From assembly GCA_030065615.1 (NCBI GenBank), contig JASJDR010000158.1, forward strand, positions 1-19,571: 19,571 nt of DNA, given 5' to 3'. Positions 1 through 8,509 of this stretch are shown here, one piece after another. Origin of the DNA: Xenococcus sp. MO_188.B8 (lineage in GTDB: Bacteria > Cyanobacteriota > Cyanobacteriia > Cyanobacteriales > Xenococcaceae). The notes under the pieces were generated by a model. That model did not search any database, was not told where the DNA came from, and worked only from the letters and a program-made list of their open reading frames with translations. The translations under genes were made by a program, and so were the position numbers. Position 1 is the stretch's first letter. The number at the start of each line of letters is the position of its first letter.

Positions 1-2236
1 TTTCTAGTTTGTCTTGCTCTTGAATATTTGGCAAACTTTCAATTCTATTTGCTTCTCTTTCTGTTTTTCTAATTTCTGATTTTCTTTCATTGTTTAGCAG
101 ATTTTTAAACTCTATTCTGTCTTGATTAAATTGGACAGCTTCTTCAGTAATATCTGTAATATCTCTAGTTATTCTATTTAGACTATCCGCTTTTTCGTCA
201 GCATTTTCTAAAGCGTTAAAAACTTTATTTATTCGGCGTTTTCCTTCAGGCATGTAACTATAACTATCTGCTTCTACAGTATGACTATCTCTTAAAGCAT
301 TACCTATATGAGCAACATTAATACCTGTTTCTTCGGCGATATCTTCAGCAGAAGCAAACATACTTCTTACACTTGAATACAGATTAGCTGTGGCTTGATA
401 GGTGCGTATTCGAGACTTAATTTTTTGTTCATAAGCTGTGTAATTAGCCTGTCCTACAATACCTACGATCCAATTTTTAACCGTGTTGCCAATTACTTGA
501 TTAACGTTGATTGCTTGACCTTGACTGTCTTTAATTCCCAAGCTACTTAATACTAAAGAAGCCGTATCTCCTACTGTGTCAGCAATGTTTGAACCGAGAA
601 AAATAGCGTTATTTACGAGCAAGACTGTATTGAGCATCTGTAGAGCTTTATCGGCGTGAGTGGCTTTCCAAGCTATGTCAGCAGCGTTTTTAATAGCTTT
701 AAGTCCATAGGTGCCATGGGAGACAATTTTGTTAGTAACCGTAGTAGTTTTTTGGACTACATTGACGGTTTTTTGAATGGCTGCATTTTGCGCTGTATTG
801 ACTGCTTGTAACTTTAGGGTAGTCGCACCATTAGCTTTAGCTTGAGCAGCTACAGGAGGCACTAAAGAGGGGGCTTGGCAGGTCGATTTCAAGCCATTCT
901 GTTTAATTTGTCGGAGGATATCTAATCCGCCTACAGCTAGAGCAATGGTAGCGGGGTCGGGCAATCTAGATATTTTATTATCTAATTTGTCTAGCTTGTT
1001 GTTAATGTCTTGAACTTGTTTTTGATCCACTTGATTATCTTGAGGTATAATTTGGTCTACTAAGGTTTCGATTTTTACTTCATTATTTTTGATTTCATTG
1101 ACTCGTTTTTCCAAGTCTTTAGCCTGTTTAATTACTTCTAGATCTCTAGCTTTTATACTGCTTTCCAGATCTTTACTATTAGATTTTAAGCCTTGAATGT
1201 CTAAGTCATAGTTAGTAACCTTATCGTTTAAATTTCTAATTTTGACATTCTCGTTAACTTCTTTATTGACTTGTTTTTCGACTAATTTTTCCAGGTTTTC
1301 CGAGTTAACTTTTTCTAAATCTTTCACCTGAGAATTAACTCTCTGTTCTAGTGCTTCAAATTTTAAGTTATTGTCTTTGATTTGAGAATTAATCTTTTGG
1401 ATATCACTATTACTTTTAGTGATTTTTTGTTGTAAATCAGAATTAGTTTTTATTAAAGAGTCTATTTGCCCCTGATATTGTTTCTTTAAACTTTCTACTT
1501 GTTGTTCGGTGCTTGCTTTAAAAGCAGCTATGTCACTAGTATTTTTGGCTATTTGGGCTTGTTGTAAACCAACTTGATAAGCTAATTCTCTATGCTGAAT
1601 ATCTCTTATTCTATTAGCTTGATTGATTGTATCAATTTGACTCTGCTGTCTACCGTTAATCAAGCTGTTTTCAACACTTCTAATTCTATTTTGCTCAATC
1701 TTTTTGGTATTAAGGATTACTGCCTTGTTTAATGCTGCAACCTGCTTAGTTAAATAAGCTAAGGCTGTGGTAGTAGCAAAACTAGAAAGAATAGAATATA
1801 TGTTGGCGATTAAATTTAAAGCTCTTAATGCTTGTTTGCCTACCGTAGCGATTCTATTAGCATTACTAGCGGCTCTAGAAGCAGTATAAAGATTTTGATA
1901 ATTAGCTTTTTTAGCTGCTAAAGTAGCATTTAAAGCCTGTGCGTTAGCGTTTCCAATATTAACAGCATTAGTATTAACCGCGCTTTTGACATTAGCTAGA
2001 GAAGCAGCATTTTGTCCAACAGAAACAGCAGCATTTTTAATTGCTGATTTATTTTGAGTTACTGCTTGCTGTATGCCTAATGTTTTTACAGCAACAATAC
2101 TTGATACACCTGCCAAAGCTTGACCAATAATATTTGGTACAGCACTAGTCGCGACTTTTTGCTCTAGCTCTCTTTCTGTTTCTTTTTCAAGAGCAGCTAA
2201 CTGTTGTTTAGTAGCTAAATCTGGACATAAACTCAT
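1..2236 (-). CDS. Large coiled-coil protein of unknown function. Only the N-terminal 745 codons are in the window; the C-terminus runs off the left edge. Composition is tape-measure-like.
   Basis: My own reverse-complement translation. ATG at 2236..2234 follows the TAA of the upstream gene by 1 nt (TAA-C-ATG). The frame reads MSLCPDLATKQQLAALEKE... and was checked again at the window edge (...KTEREANRIESLPNIQEQDKLE) with no stop. The N-terminal part is Ala/Asn/Gln-rich and the central part is Lys/Glu/Asn/Asp heptad-like (KDLEKVNSENLEKLVEKQVNKEV...). It is absent from the ORF track, presumably because it is open-ended. No catalytic motif was recognised. Confidence 0.75.
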   Translation of the reverse strand, partial: MSLCPDLATKQQLAALEKETERELEQKVATSAVPNIIGQALAGVSSIVAVKTLGIQQAVTQNKSAIKNAAVSVGQNAASLANVKSAVNTNAVNIGNANAQALNATLAAKKANYQNLYTASRAASNANRIATVGKQALRALNLIANIYSILSSFATTTALAYLTKQVAALNKAVILNTKKIEQNRIRSVENSLINGRQQSQIDTINQANRIRDIQHRELAYQVGLQQAQIAKNTSDIAAFKASTEQQVESLKKQYQGQIDSLIKTNSDLQQKITKSNSDIQKINSQIKDNNLKFEALEQRVNSQVKDLEKVNSENLEKLVEKQVNKEVNENVKIRNLNDKVTNYDLDIQGLKSNSKDLESSIKARDLEVIKQAKDLEKRVNEIKNNEVKIETLVDQIIPQDNQVDQKQVQDINNKLDKLDNKISRLPDPATIALAVGGLDILRQIKQNGLKSTCQAPSLVPPVAAQAKANGATTLKLQAVNTAQNAAIQKTVNVVQKTTTVTNKIVSHGTYGLKAIKNAADIAWKATHADKALQMLNTVLLVNNAIFLGSNIADTVGDTASLVLSSLGIKDSQGQAINVNQVIGNTVKNWIVGIVGQANYTAYEQKIKSRIRTYQATANLYSSVRSMFASAEDIAEETGINVAHIGNALRDSHTVEADSYSYMPEGKRRINKVFNALENADEKADSLNRITRDITDITEEAVQFNQDRIEFKNLLNNERKSEIRKTEREANRIESLPNIQEQDKLE

Positions 2237-2237
2237 G

Positions 2238-2939
2238 TTATTTATAGATAAGTTTTTTTACTTTTCCGTCTTTTCCGTAGCAGCAAATATAATGAGGATT
2301 ACAATCACAGCTACATGTTCCTGGTGGGCATTCTTCACGAGGAAAAACACAATAATCGTCTATTGTTGGTATCTCTTTAAATGTTTTTGAAAAGACGAAC
2401 CCTCGTTCATCAAATACTTTAAATTCATATTCGTAACCGCCCGTTATCGGGATAATATCTTCAATTTTTACTGAACCAGGATAAGCAGCAGAAGGATGAT
2501 AGATGCTGCACTCAGTTTTTGATTGCAAAGCACGATTACCTGTATTTGGATCGGTCAATACTTGCTTGCTAACATATCCGTTTATATTTTCAACGGATAT
2601 CTTATAAGTGGCGACTGCTTCATAAGATTCTTTAGTTAGAACAATGCCTAGTATCTTTCCTTTTATAAGATTGTAATGACCGTCTTTTTGTGTTCTAAAA
2701 ACCAAAGCTTGTACAGTTTGTCCGCAAGCTAATGCTTGACCAGCTATCCCAGTATTTTGATAAGTAATTGATACCCAATATTGTCCTTGTGGTTCATTCT
2801 TAACGAGTTCCACAATTTCCCAGCGAACATTAGGAAAAGGGGTATAGAATTTAATTGATTCTGCCCCTTGTGGAAATATTGTTAGATAAGTTTTATCTGC
2901 ACCTGGACAAACATTATTGCCTTGTCTAACTATTTTCAT
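2238..2939 (-). CDS. Hypothetical 233-aa protein with an apparently beta-rich body and a Cys-rich C-terminal tail
   Basis: ORF track. Its ATG (2939..2937) overlaps the TAA of the upstream gene by 1 nt (TAATG). The stop lies 1 nt before the next ATG. The last ~40 aa carry 8 Cys (CVFPREECPPGTCSCDCNPHYICCYGKDG). No signal peptide or known motif was recognised. Confidence 0.75.
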   Translation of the reverse strand: MKIVRQGNNVCPGADKTYLTIFPQGAESIKFYTPFPNVRWEIVELVKNEPQGQYWVSITYQNTGIAGQALACGQTVQALVFRTQKDGHYNLIKGKILGIVLTKESYEAVATYKISVENINGYVSKQVLTDPNTGNRALQSKTECSIYHPSAAYPGSVKIEDIIPITGGYEYEFKVFDERGFVFSKTFKEIPTIDDYCVFPREECPPGTCSCDCNPHYICCYGKDGKVKKLIYK

Positions 2940-3304
2940 TAGACAACGTTATCAGGGTCAAAACTACTTGTATCTATCGTATAGATGGCGAAATCAAAGT
3001 TATTTCTAATCTGCGATTGTCCGTCTCTAGTTTCGTAAGTTTTAATCGTGAAATTATCTTGAGCGACGATCGCCTGGGTTTTATCTTGAATTGGCTGACT
3101 ATTTTCGTCGGTTTTTTCCTTGGTGCTATGGTGCAGCCAGGCTAGCCAAGCAGTAGCAGCTTGAGCAGGAGTAGCAGTAAGTGGATCGTTTAAATAAGGA
3201 GTGCCGTTTGTGTCCACAAAATCATTAAGTTTAATCTGGATTACACCGTCTTCTTGAGTAGCAGAAGTGCCAAATAATTCTTTTAGTCCTTGTGCCATTT
3301 TCAT
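2939..3304 (-). CDS. Hypothetical 121-aa protein, first gene of the three-gene operon
   Basis: This is the track ORF 2939..3520 trimmed to the ATG at 3304, which is preceded by AGAGGTA (MKMAQGLKELFG...). The longer version would overlap the vapC 3' end by 83 nt and is Arg/Ser-rich and low-complexity. The start choice is uncertain; an alternative ATG lies at 3298. Confidence 0.55.
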   Translation of the reverse strand: MKMAQGLKELFGTSATQEDGVIQIKLNDFVDTNGTPYLNDPLTATPAQAATAWLAWLHHSTKEKTDENSQPIQDKTQAIVAQDNFTIKTYETRDGQSQIRNNFDFAIYTIDTSSFDPDNVV

Positions 3305-3402
3305 TACCTCTAGATCACTAAGCTCAATGTACCCATTTGAGCTATTCGAGCGATCGCTCTTGGGAATTAAAGTTTTAAGGCATGTCGATGAACCAAGAAT
3401 CC

Positions 3403-3419
3403 CCGTCGTTCTACGACGG
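3403..3419 (-). terminator. 7-bp GC-rich hairpin 19 nt downstream of the vapC stop; possible terminator without a U-tract
   Basis: CCGTCGT-tct-ACGACGG is seen directly. On the minus strand it is followed by GGGGATTCTTGG, a poor U-tract, so confidence is low. Confidence 0.25.
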
Positions 3420-3437
3420 CGGAGCGTCAACTGCGCC

Positions 3438-3824
3438 TTACCAGATAAGATCAACATCATAGAGAGAAAACTTTTCATCTGCTGTAATGATCGGCAGATT
3501 TTTAATTCTCCCTTGAGCAATTAAAAGGCGATCGAATGGGTCTTTGTGGTGATTCTGTAAATTACTAATTTCAAGAACATCGTTTATGCCAATAGAGAGA
3601 CGAACAAAATCATAATGCTGAACGCGATCTGGAATGTATGATTTTGCCGGTTCGGGTAAAGGAAGTTTGCCAAGCTGGTATTTAATCACAATCTCCCATG
3701 CACTAACCACACTGAAAAAGACAATATTTTCAGGATTGCTGATGATAGAACGGGCTGTAGCTGAAAGCTTGTCGTCATCAGTGACCCACCAGAGAAAGGC
3801 GTTAGTATCTAAAAGTACCTGCAT
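3438..3824 (-). CDS. vapC: PIN-domain toxin, VapC-type (type II toxin-antitoxin)
   Basis: 128 aa. N-terminal LLDTNAFLWW with the first PIN acidic residue, SVVSAWEIVIK, and C-terminal DPFDRLLIAQ...ITAD. This is the typical VapC layout. It lies 8 nt downstream of a small antitoxin-like ORF. Confidence 0.9.
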   Translation of the reverse strand: MQVLLDTNAFLWWVTDDDKLSATARSIISNPENIVFFSVVSAWEIVIKYQLGKLPLPEPAKSYIPDRVQHYDFVRLSIGINDVLEISNLQNHHKDPFDRLLIAQGRIKNLPIITADEKFSLYDVDLIW

Positions 3825-3832
3825 TGATGTGA

Positions 3833-4099
3833 TTATCCTTCACCTTCAAAAGCAGCAAGAATATCTGAAGGAAGAGGATCGTCAAAATCATCAGGAACGA
3901 CAAAACGACCTTTATCAATTCCTGGCACTCGCATTTTAGATGTTCTTGAACCTGAGTCATCAGGAACTTTAGGGGAAGGAACTAACCGAGCCTTTTCTTC
4001 CCCGTTTGAAAAAATCACAATTTCCTCTCCCTGAAGCACTTGAGAGAATAATTGTGAAAACTGTTGTTCAGCCTCTCGACGGTCTACATGAATGGTCAT
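3833..4099 (-). CDS. Type II antitoxin partnering VapC, with a Phd/YefM-like N-terminus
   Basis: 88 aa. The N-terminus has the pattern IHVDRREAEQQFSQLFSQVLQGEEIVIFSNGEEKARLVP. The C-terminus is acidic (DDFDDPLPSDILAAFEG). It sits immediately upstream of vapC in the same orientation. Confidence 0.8.
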   Translation of the reverse strand: MTIHVDRREAEQQFSQLFSQVLQGEEIVIFSNGEEKARLVPSPKVPDDSGSRTSKMRVPGIDKGRFVVPDDFDDPLPSDILAAFEGEG

Positions 4100-4115
4100 A
4101 GGTCAGTTAAGGTCA

Positions 4116-4160
4116 ATAGCTCCTATGTTCTACTATACTGTCAACAAGATTCGGTGGTAA
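4116..4160 (-). promoter_or_regulatory. Candidate sigma70-type promoter for the antitoxin/toxin pair
   Basis: The minus strand reads TTACCA-17 nt-TATAGT (4160..4155 and 4137..4132). A consensus TTGACA (4144..4139) lies within the spacer as an alternative -35. A CATAGG/CCTATG inverted repeat lies next to the ATG. Sequence-only prediction. Confidence 0.3.
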
Positions 4161-4275
4161 AAATAATTTTGAGTTAAAAAAAGCTTGATTTCTAAGGCTC
4201 AAAAGCACCTGTTGCCATCTGCCACCCCGAATCAATGAAATTCCTCTGGACAATTTTGCTCCTTTCTGACCCGAT

Positions 4276-4292
4276 ATGTGATCGGTGGGGGG
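4276..4292 (-). repeat. Copy 1 of the 17-nt repeat CCCCCCACCGATCACAT (reverse orientation), 40-56 nt downstream of the rep gene stop
   Basis: The plus strand reads ATGTGATCGGTGGGGGG, the exact reverse complement of the 17-mers at 6836 and 9397. Confidence 0.9.
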
Positions 4293-4331
4293 GTGCTCTG
4301 CTTTTCTCTCCCCCCAGGCTTGCCCGTAATA

Positions 4332-7286
4332 CTATATAGAAATCCCTTGACACGGTACTGAAATCTCATACTCCCCTTGGTCTTTCTCCAGCCAGTTACT
4401 AAAGATTTCCTCACGATCGCTGATAGATCGCTTGACACCAGAGTAGTAAGATTCTCGATTTCCTCGACTGCCGTATCTTCCGCGATAGGTTAATTTAACT
4501 CCCAGTTTTCTCAAGAGTGATTGAGCCGCCGTAATCGGATTCGATTCTGGCGAAATCCAGACACCGAGTATCGCTTTGATGTCATAGCGAAGAGCCACGA
4601 TTTTGTTAAACCAGTCCTCTAAGTCAGATTTAGAGAAAGTTTTCTCCTCGCCAAAGAATTGATTAATCTCCAGAGCCTCTAGAGCCAGGATTTTACTCGT
4701 GATCAAGTCTCGGTTCAAATCTGGAGTAAACAGAGCGCGCGCCTTGTCCTTCTCTGGCGGATGGTCTGCCAGTTGATTAAGTCTCTTGGAGTCCCGATGA
4801 TTTAAAAAAGCTCTGCCGACGGTCAAGAAATAGTGCAGCCGTAATTGGCTATACCAGCCCTTATCATCCTTCTCGATCAGTTCTGGGGTACATTCAACCC
4901 CATATTTCTTCTCGATCACCGCTTTCTTCAGGATCTGTTTTTCCGCTACAGATAACGAGTGTTTCTCTTGCAGCTTCTTGAGCTGACGCTCATCAATGTT
5001 GGGGCGTAAACTTGTCTCGATTCTTTCCTCCTCGTAGGCTTCCTCTTTGATGATGCCAATGCTCTCCTTGATCTCATCGCAGTAAGCCAAGGGGTTGATC
5101 GTCCGCTCTCTGGTATATCCCTCACGGATTAGCTTGTCGATAATCGTACCCTTATATTGATACATCCCTTGATTGACCACACAGGCACGACGCGACCAAT
5201 AGATTAAGGACTCTTGACTAAAATTCTGGTCAAGGTTGTCAAAGTCTAGCTCTGAAAGGTCGGCCGCCGTTAAACGTTGAATGTTGACCCTCGCTATTTT
5301 CTCCTGGGTTTTTAAGAGGGACGATGGCGAAGTTTCCCCCGCTCCCACAAAGGACAGCCCCCGCTCTGGAGCATAAAGATATCGGGGTACATCATCACGA
5401 ACCCTTTCCATGGTCTGAACCACAGCATCAACAGTCTGCACCCCACTAGCCAAACAAAGTACAGCATCAAAATGACCTTTAACGTCGATTGATAACCCTG
5501 TCTCAAGAGAAGGGCTAGCCAGAACGAGATCGTATTGACTAACAACATCATTAATGTGTTCCACACAACGAAAAGCAGGGTGAGTGTGATCAGCGATTGA
5601 TTCTCCATCGATTCTTAAGATTTTTTTATCGGGAAAACGTGATTTAAATAATTCCTCTAGATTTTGGGTGGACCAGCGACTAGATTTTTTTTGTGCCCCC
5701 AGAGCCAGATAAATTTTTTGATTGGCTTCTAGTTGGGTAAAGGCGATATCAATCAGATGTTTTTGCTCCTCGACGACAAATAGTTTTCGTTTGCCTTGAT
5801 TGGGGTTGAAATAATTCTTAACAATATGCGTTTCCACCTCACGACCGACTAAAGCCTGGACATATTGGATCGCCATGGGGGACAAGTCCGCATCAGAGAG
5901 ATAGATTTTCCCCCCTGTGTTAATCACCGTCTGTAGAGTCTCCTTGAGAGTATTCAGGATCTTGATTCTGTTATCTTTACAAGTCGATGAGTTCAACAGA
6001 TGCCAGAAGACTTGTTCACACTCATCGAGGATCACGATCGCCTCTGACCAGTCCGTCGGTCTAATTCTGGCTTTGGAGAATGGATGTAATGAATCTATAC
6101 ATAGCCCATAGCCTAAGATTCCCCCCGTCTCGCTGTCGCGAATTTCTTCAATGTGATCAATGCCGAATCTCTCGCATAATGTCCTGGTTAATTGGATACG
6201 GTGAGTAACCAGCAGAACAGGTATACCTTTCTGGTTTGCTTCTTGTACTATCTGAGTTAAACTCTCGGTTTTTCCTGTGCCCTTGGCACTCTGTAAGCCA
6301 ATGAGTTGAGCCGTTTGGGGAATCTCTAACTTGCCCAGATATCGCTGGTTGACTTTTTGGTTCACTAAGGGATTAAGATCCGTTAGAGCCTGTAGCTTAA
6401 AATCCGCTAGGCTAACCGCGTTATCGATGAGGTGTTGAAAATAGATTGACCCACGGGCATATAAAAGGTCATCTACCCCTTTAAATTTACTAGACCACTG
6501 AATTACACTTACCTTTGCCCCCTCCCGTTCTAGAAGCCATCCTGTTCGGTTGAGAGCTTTTCTGACATGCTTAATTGTCTTCGGCTTTTCGTCAGAATCA
6601 AAAGCCAAATAAATCTGTCTATTTGGTGCCAAAGCCTTTAGCTCAGGGATTAGCTGGTGAAAGTCTCCTAGCTTTTTCGCACCGTTCCAAACCCCAGGAA
6701 GTCCGATCGCCAAGCAACCCTCTGATACCAATGAGGATGCCTTTTTCGCCCCCTCCGTAATAAAGAGGGGGATTTGAGAATTAGCGCGAGCATCTTCCCA
6801 GAAAGAGACACAAGAGGTAACAGAGAGCCTCGATACCCCCCACCGATCACATATGGCGTTAGCAGTTTCTTGACCTATCTGGGGAGCGAATACTCGTGTC
6901 GGCGTTTTGGGGGGAGTCTCGTACTTAATCTTTTTTTGTCTGGAGAGATCATAACGGGGGCGATCGGGCTTGAAACAACCCCACTCAGATAAAGAATTTG
7001 ATAATAAATCAACCCCTGAAAACCACCAGCCACCTTCATAACAATGCTCATATTTTTTCAAGAAACGACTGCGAACTACTCCGCCATTGCGACGGTCGGA
7101 GTCGGGCAAAGCAAAAAATAGCCTCTCGTGGGGTTCATATTCGGACAGCGAAGAAAAATTAAGTTTAATTATTTCTTCAGATATCCCACTCTGTAAAAGC
7201 TCTGTGCAGTGTTGTTCAGTAAGGCTAGAATAAACACTTGAAAAGACCTCTGTAGTTGGTCTACAATCATCAGTAAAATTACTCAT
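4332..7286 (-). CDS. Plasmid replication protein with an N-terminal Toprim/primase-like domain (DUF3854-like) and a P-loop helicase domain (CyRepA-type)
   Basis: 984 aa. Toprim-like ITEGAKKASSL...GLPGVWNG and YLAFDSDEKPKT. Walker A is SAKGTGKTESL and Walker B is VILDECEQV. The architecture matches what I recall of the cyanobacterial plasmid Rep family described for Synechocystis plasmids. Family assignment is from memory, not from a search. Confidence 0.85.
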   Translation of the reverse strand: MSNFTDDCRPTTEVFSSVYSSLTEQHCTELLQSGISEEIIKLNFSSLSEYEPHERLFFALPDSDRRNGGVVRSRFLKKYEHCYEGGWWFSGVDLLSNSLSEWGCFKPDRPRYDLSRQKKIKYETPPKTPTRVFAPQIGQETANAICDRWGVSRLSVTSCVSFWEDARANSQIPLFITEGAKKASSLVSEGCLAIGLPGVWNGAKKLGDFHQLIPELKALAPNRQIYLAFDSDEKPKTIKHVRKALNRTGWLLEREGAKVSVIQWSSKFKGVDDLLYARGSIYFQHLIDNAVSLADFKLQALTDLNPLVNQKVNQRYLGKLEIPQTAQLIGLQSAKGTGKTESLTQIVQEANQKGIPVLLVTHRIQLTRTLCERFGIDHIEEIRDSETGGILGYGLCIDSLHPFSKARIRPTDWSEAIVILDECEQVFWHLLNSSTCKDNRIKILNTLKETLQTVINTGGKIYLSDADLSPMAIQYVQALVGREVETHIVKNYFNPNQGKRKLFVVEEQKHLIDIAFTQLEANQKIYLALGAQKKSSRWSTQNLEELFKSRFPDKKILRIDGESIADHTHPAFRCVEHINDVVSQYDLVLASPSLETGLSIDVKGHFDAVLCLASGVQTVDAVVQTMERVRDDVPRYLYAPERGLSFVGAGETSPSSLLKTQEKIARVNIQRLTAADLSELDFDNLDQNFSQESLIYWSRRACVVNQGMYQYKGTIIDKLIREGYTRERTINPLAYCDEIKESIGIIKEEAYEEERIETSLRPNIDERQLKKLQEKHSLSVAEKQILKKAVIEKKYGVECTPELIEKDDKGWYSQLRLHYFLTVGRAFLNHRDSKRLNQLADHPPEKDKARALFTPDLNRDLITSKILALEALEINQFFGEEKTFSKSDLEDWFNKIVALRYDIKAILGVWISPESNPITAAQSLLRKLGVKLTYRGRYGSRGNRESYYSGVKRSISDREEIFSNWLEKDQGEYEISVPCQGISI
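6836..6852 (+). repeat. Copy 2 of the 17-nt repeat, inside the rep coding sequence
   Basis: CCCCCCACCGATCACAT. On the gene strand it encodes ..CDRWG.. of the Rep protein. The 20-mer ATACCCCCCACCGATCACAT (6833-6852) is identical to 9394-9413. Confidence 0.9.
7238..7267 (+). promoter_or_regulatory. Candidate promoter antisense to the 5' end of the rep gene
   Basis: TTGAAA (7238-7243), an 18-nt spacer, then TACAAT (7262-7267) on the plus strand. It lies inside the first codons of the minus-strand rep ORF. Confidence 0.35.
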
Positions 7287-7390
7287 ACGAGCTAACTAAA
7301 ATGTTGCGGGTTCAGTATGTGTCGGTAAGCAAAAGTCAGAAGTTGCTCACCATGAAGCCCCAGACTATCTGTTTTGATAGCTGGGGTTTC
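7274..7390 (+). ncRNA. Predicted ~115-nt countertranscript RNA complementary to the rep start codon and 5' leader
   Basis: It lies downstream of the candidate promoter and has two stem-loops. SL1 pairs 7324-7332 with 7343-7351 (9 bp, one mismatch). SL2 pairs 7358-7369 with 7376-7386 (CCCCAGACTATC/GATAGCTGGGG, 11 bp, one bulge) and is followed by TTTC, which is terminator-like only on the plus strand. Prediction only. Confidence 0.35.
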
Positions 7391-7662
7391 TAAATCTTCA
7401 CACCTTATGGGCAATCAAACTCGAAATTAAAGGGTTATTTTGTAGTTTCCCCGACTCTACGACTTGGTCACGTCGAGAATCTATGCTTGTATTACAAACT
7501 GTGCCTGGGTTTTTGAAATATAAAGAAACTACCTGCATACCGCTTTAATTGAGCAACCGCCTAGTAAAGTGTGGACAGGCTCACCACGACATCTATAGAC
7601 CGAGATATAAGCTACAATCTAAGCGCGTGCTAAACCGCGCGACGCAGCCAAGTTTGGGCAGT

Positions 7663-7752
7663 CTTCTTGTCGCAAACAAAACTCCTGCCCTTCTTGGCTC
7701 AACTTGATTCAGTTGTACAGAAGTATTGATTAACTCTCTACTTCTTGTCGCA
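7663..7752 (+). repeat. Iteron-like direct repeats upstream of rep
   Basis: CTTCTTGTCGCA is perfect at 7663-7674 and 7741-7752. A related CTTCTTGG lies at 7690-7697. An AT-rich stretch follows at about 7780-8000. Confidence 0.4.
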
Positions 7753-8320
7753 CGTTTATTATAGTCATTCTCTTTTCGTAACAGTAGTAAGAATGGCTGA
7801 AATTCGTTAATTGATTGGAAAATAAACACAGGCAAAATAGAATAACTTCCTGATAAGTTTGTAGAATTATGCATTTTGCAACAAAACTTTGCAGTTGAAC
7901 CATGATGAATCAAGCAATCAAGATAAATTCAGACACAGCAAATAGGGATTTGCTCTCAAGCAATTCTATTTGTTAATTTTCGTAAATTACTGGTTAATTA
8001 TGTGACGCGATAATTAATCTACTAGCCGATTGATCCAGAGCAGAAGCTTCGTACTGTCTTTGGTAAACATCATCTCAAGTGCTGAAAGCAAAGTGATCAT
8101 AGTGATGTGTATTGTTTACTAAGTGGGTTATAGATTCCTTTTGTCTCTTTGTACTTAATTCACTATCGGATTTGTTGCTTAGTTTTTCCTGAGTATTTAA
8201 TATGCTTGAACTGAGTTTGATAGCAAAAATGGATTTCTTTATTTTTTCTTTATTCATCAGGGTTCTAGCAAGGGAATGCAATTAAAAACATCACCAAAAA
8301 CCAATGTATTTCTTTAAATG

Positions 8321-8509
8321 AAGGCAGAAGGCAGAAGTTTAATTGTTCGGATGGGGATGCGCGACCCCAACCGAACCCTACAACCTTTAGAGGATGGGGA
8401 ATTAAACCCTAAAAGAATGAAAGATGAAGGTAATAAATTACCTTCTGCCCTCTGCCCTGACGCGAAGCTAATCCTTTAGGGCTGCCTTCTGCCTTAAGGG
8501 CGAAGCCCG
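8321..8509. mobile_element. MITE-like, highly structured 189-bp insert flanked by 7-bp direct repeats
   Basis: TTAAATG occurs at 8314-8320 and 8510-8516, flanking the element. A 14-bp perfect inverted repeat pairs 8321-8334 with 8482-8495 (AAGGCAGAAGGCAG). A second, imperfect arm lies at 8442-8458. Internal hairpins lie at 8346-8375 and 8426-8445, plus GGGC-GAA-GCCC at 8498-8508. Composition is GC-richer than the flanks. Confidence 0.45.

Noticed and set aside
2939-3520. The 193-aa version of the first operon gene, starting at 3520
   Set aside because: Its first 72 codons overlap the 3' end of vapC by 83 nt and encode Arg/Ser-rich, low-complexity sequence. The internal ATG at 3304 has an AGAGG site and gives a compact 121-aa product.
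3267-3939. Plus-strand ORFs 3267-3524 and 3634-3939
   Set aside because: These are antisense shadows of the vapC and antitoxin genes, which have clear family motifs. No motifs or ribosome-binding sites were seen.
4173-4330. G6-N16-C6 hairpin (4287-4316) and the T-run (4173-4185 on the minus strand) as the rep terminator
   Set aside because: The stems are short or have long loops and are not adjacent to the T-run. The rep terminator is left unassigned.
4232-6992. Six short ORFs inside or abutting the rep gene (4232-4438, 5312-5608, 5917-6111, 6575-6760, 6668-6850, 6774-6992)
   Set aside because: These are alternative-frame or antisense shadows of a 984-aa gene with clear Toprim and Walker motifs. 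The similar PPPITY peptides in two of them simply reflect the 17-nt DNA repeat.
7593-7913. 106-aa minus-strand ORF in the rep-upstream interval
   Set aside because: Its composition is not protein-like (Cys/Arg/Leu-rich, no motif, no RBS). The region is better explained as origin or leader DNA with repeats.
8075-8281. 68-aa minus-strand ORF (TTG start; internal ATG at 8257 gives 60 aa)
   Set aside because: It is Lys/Ser-rich and low-complexity, with no RBS or motif. A small protein cannot be excluded, but there is no positive evidence.
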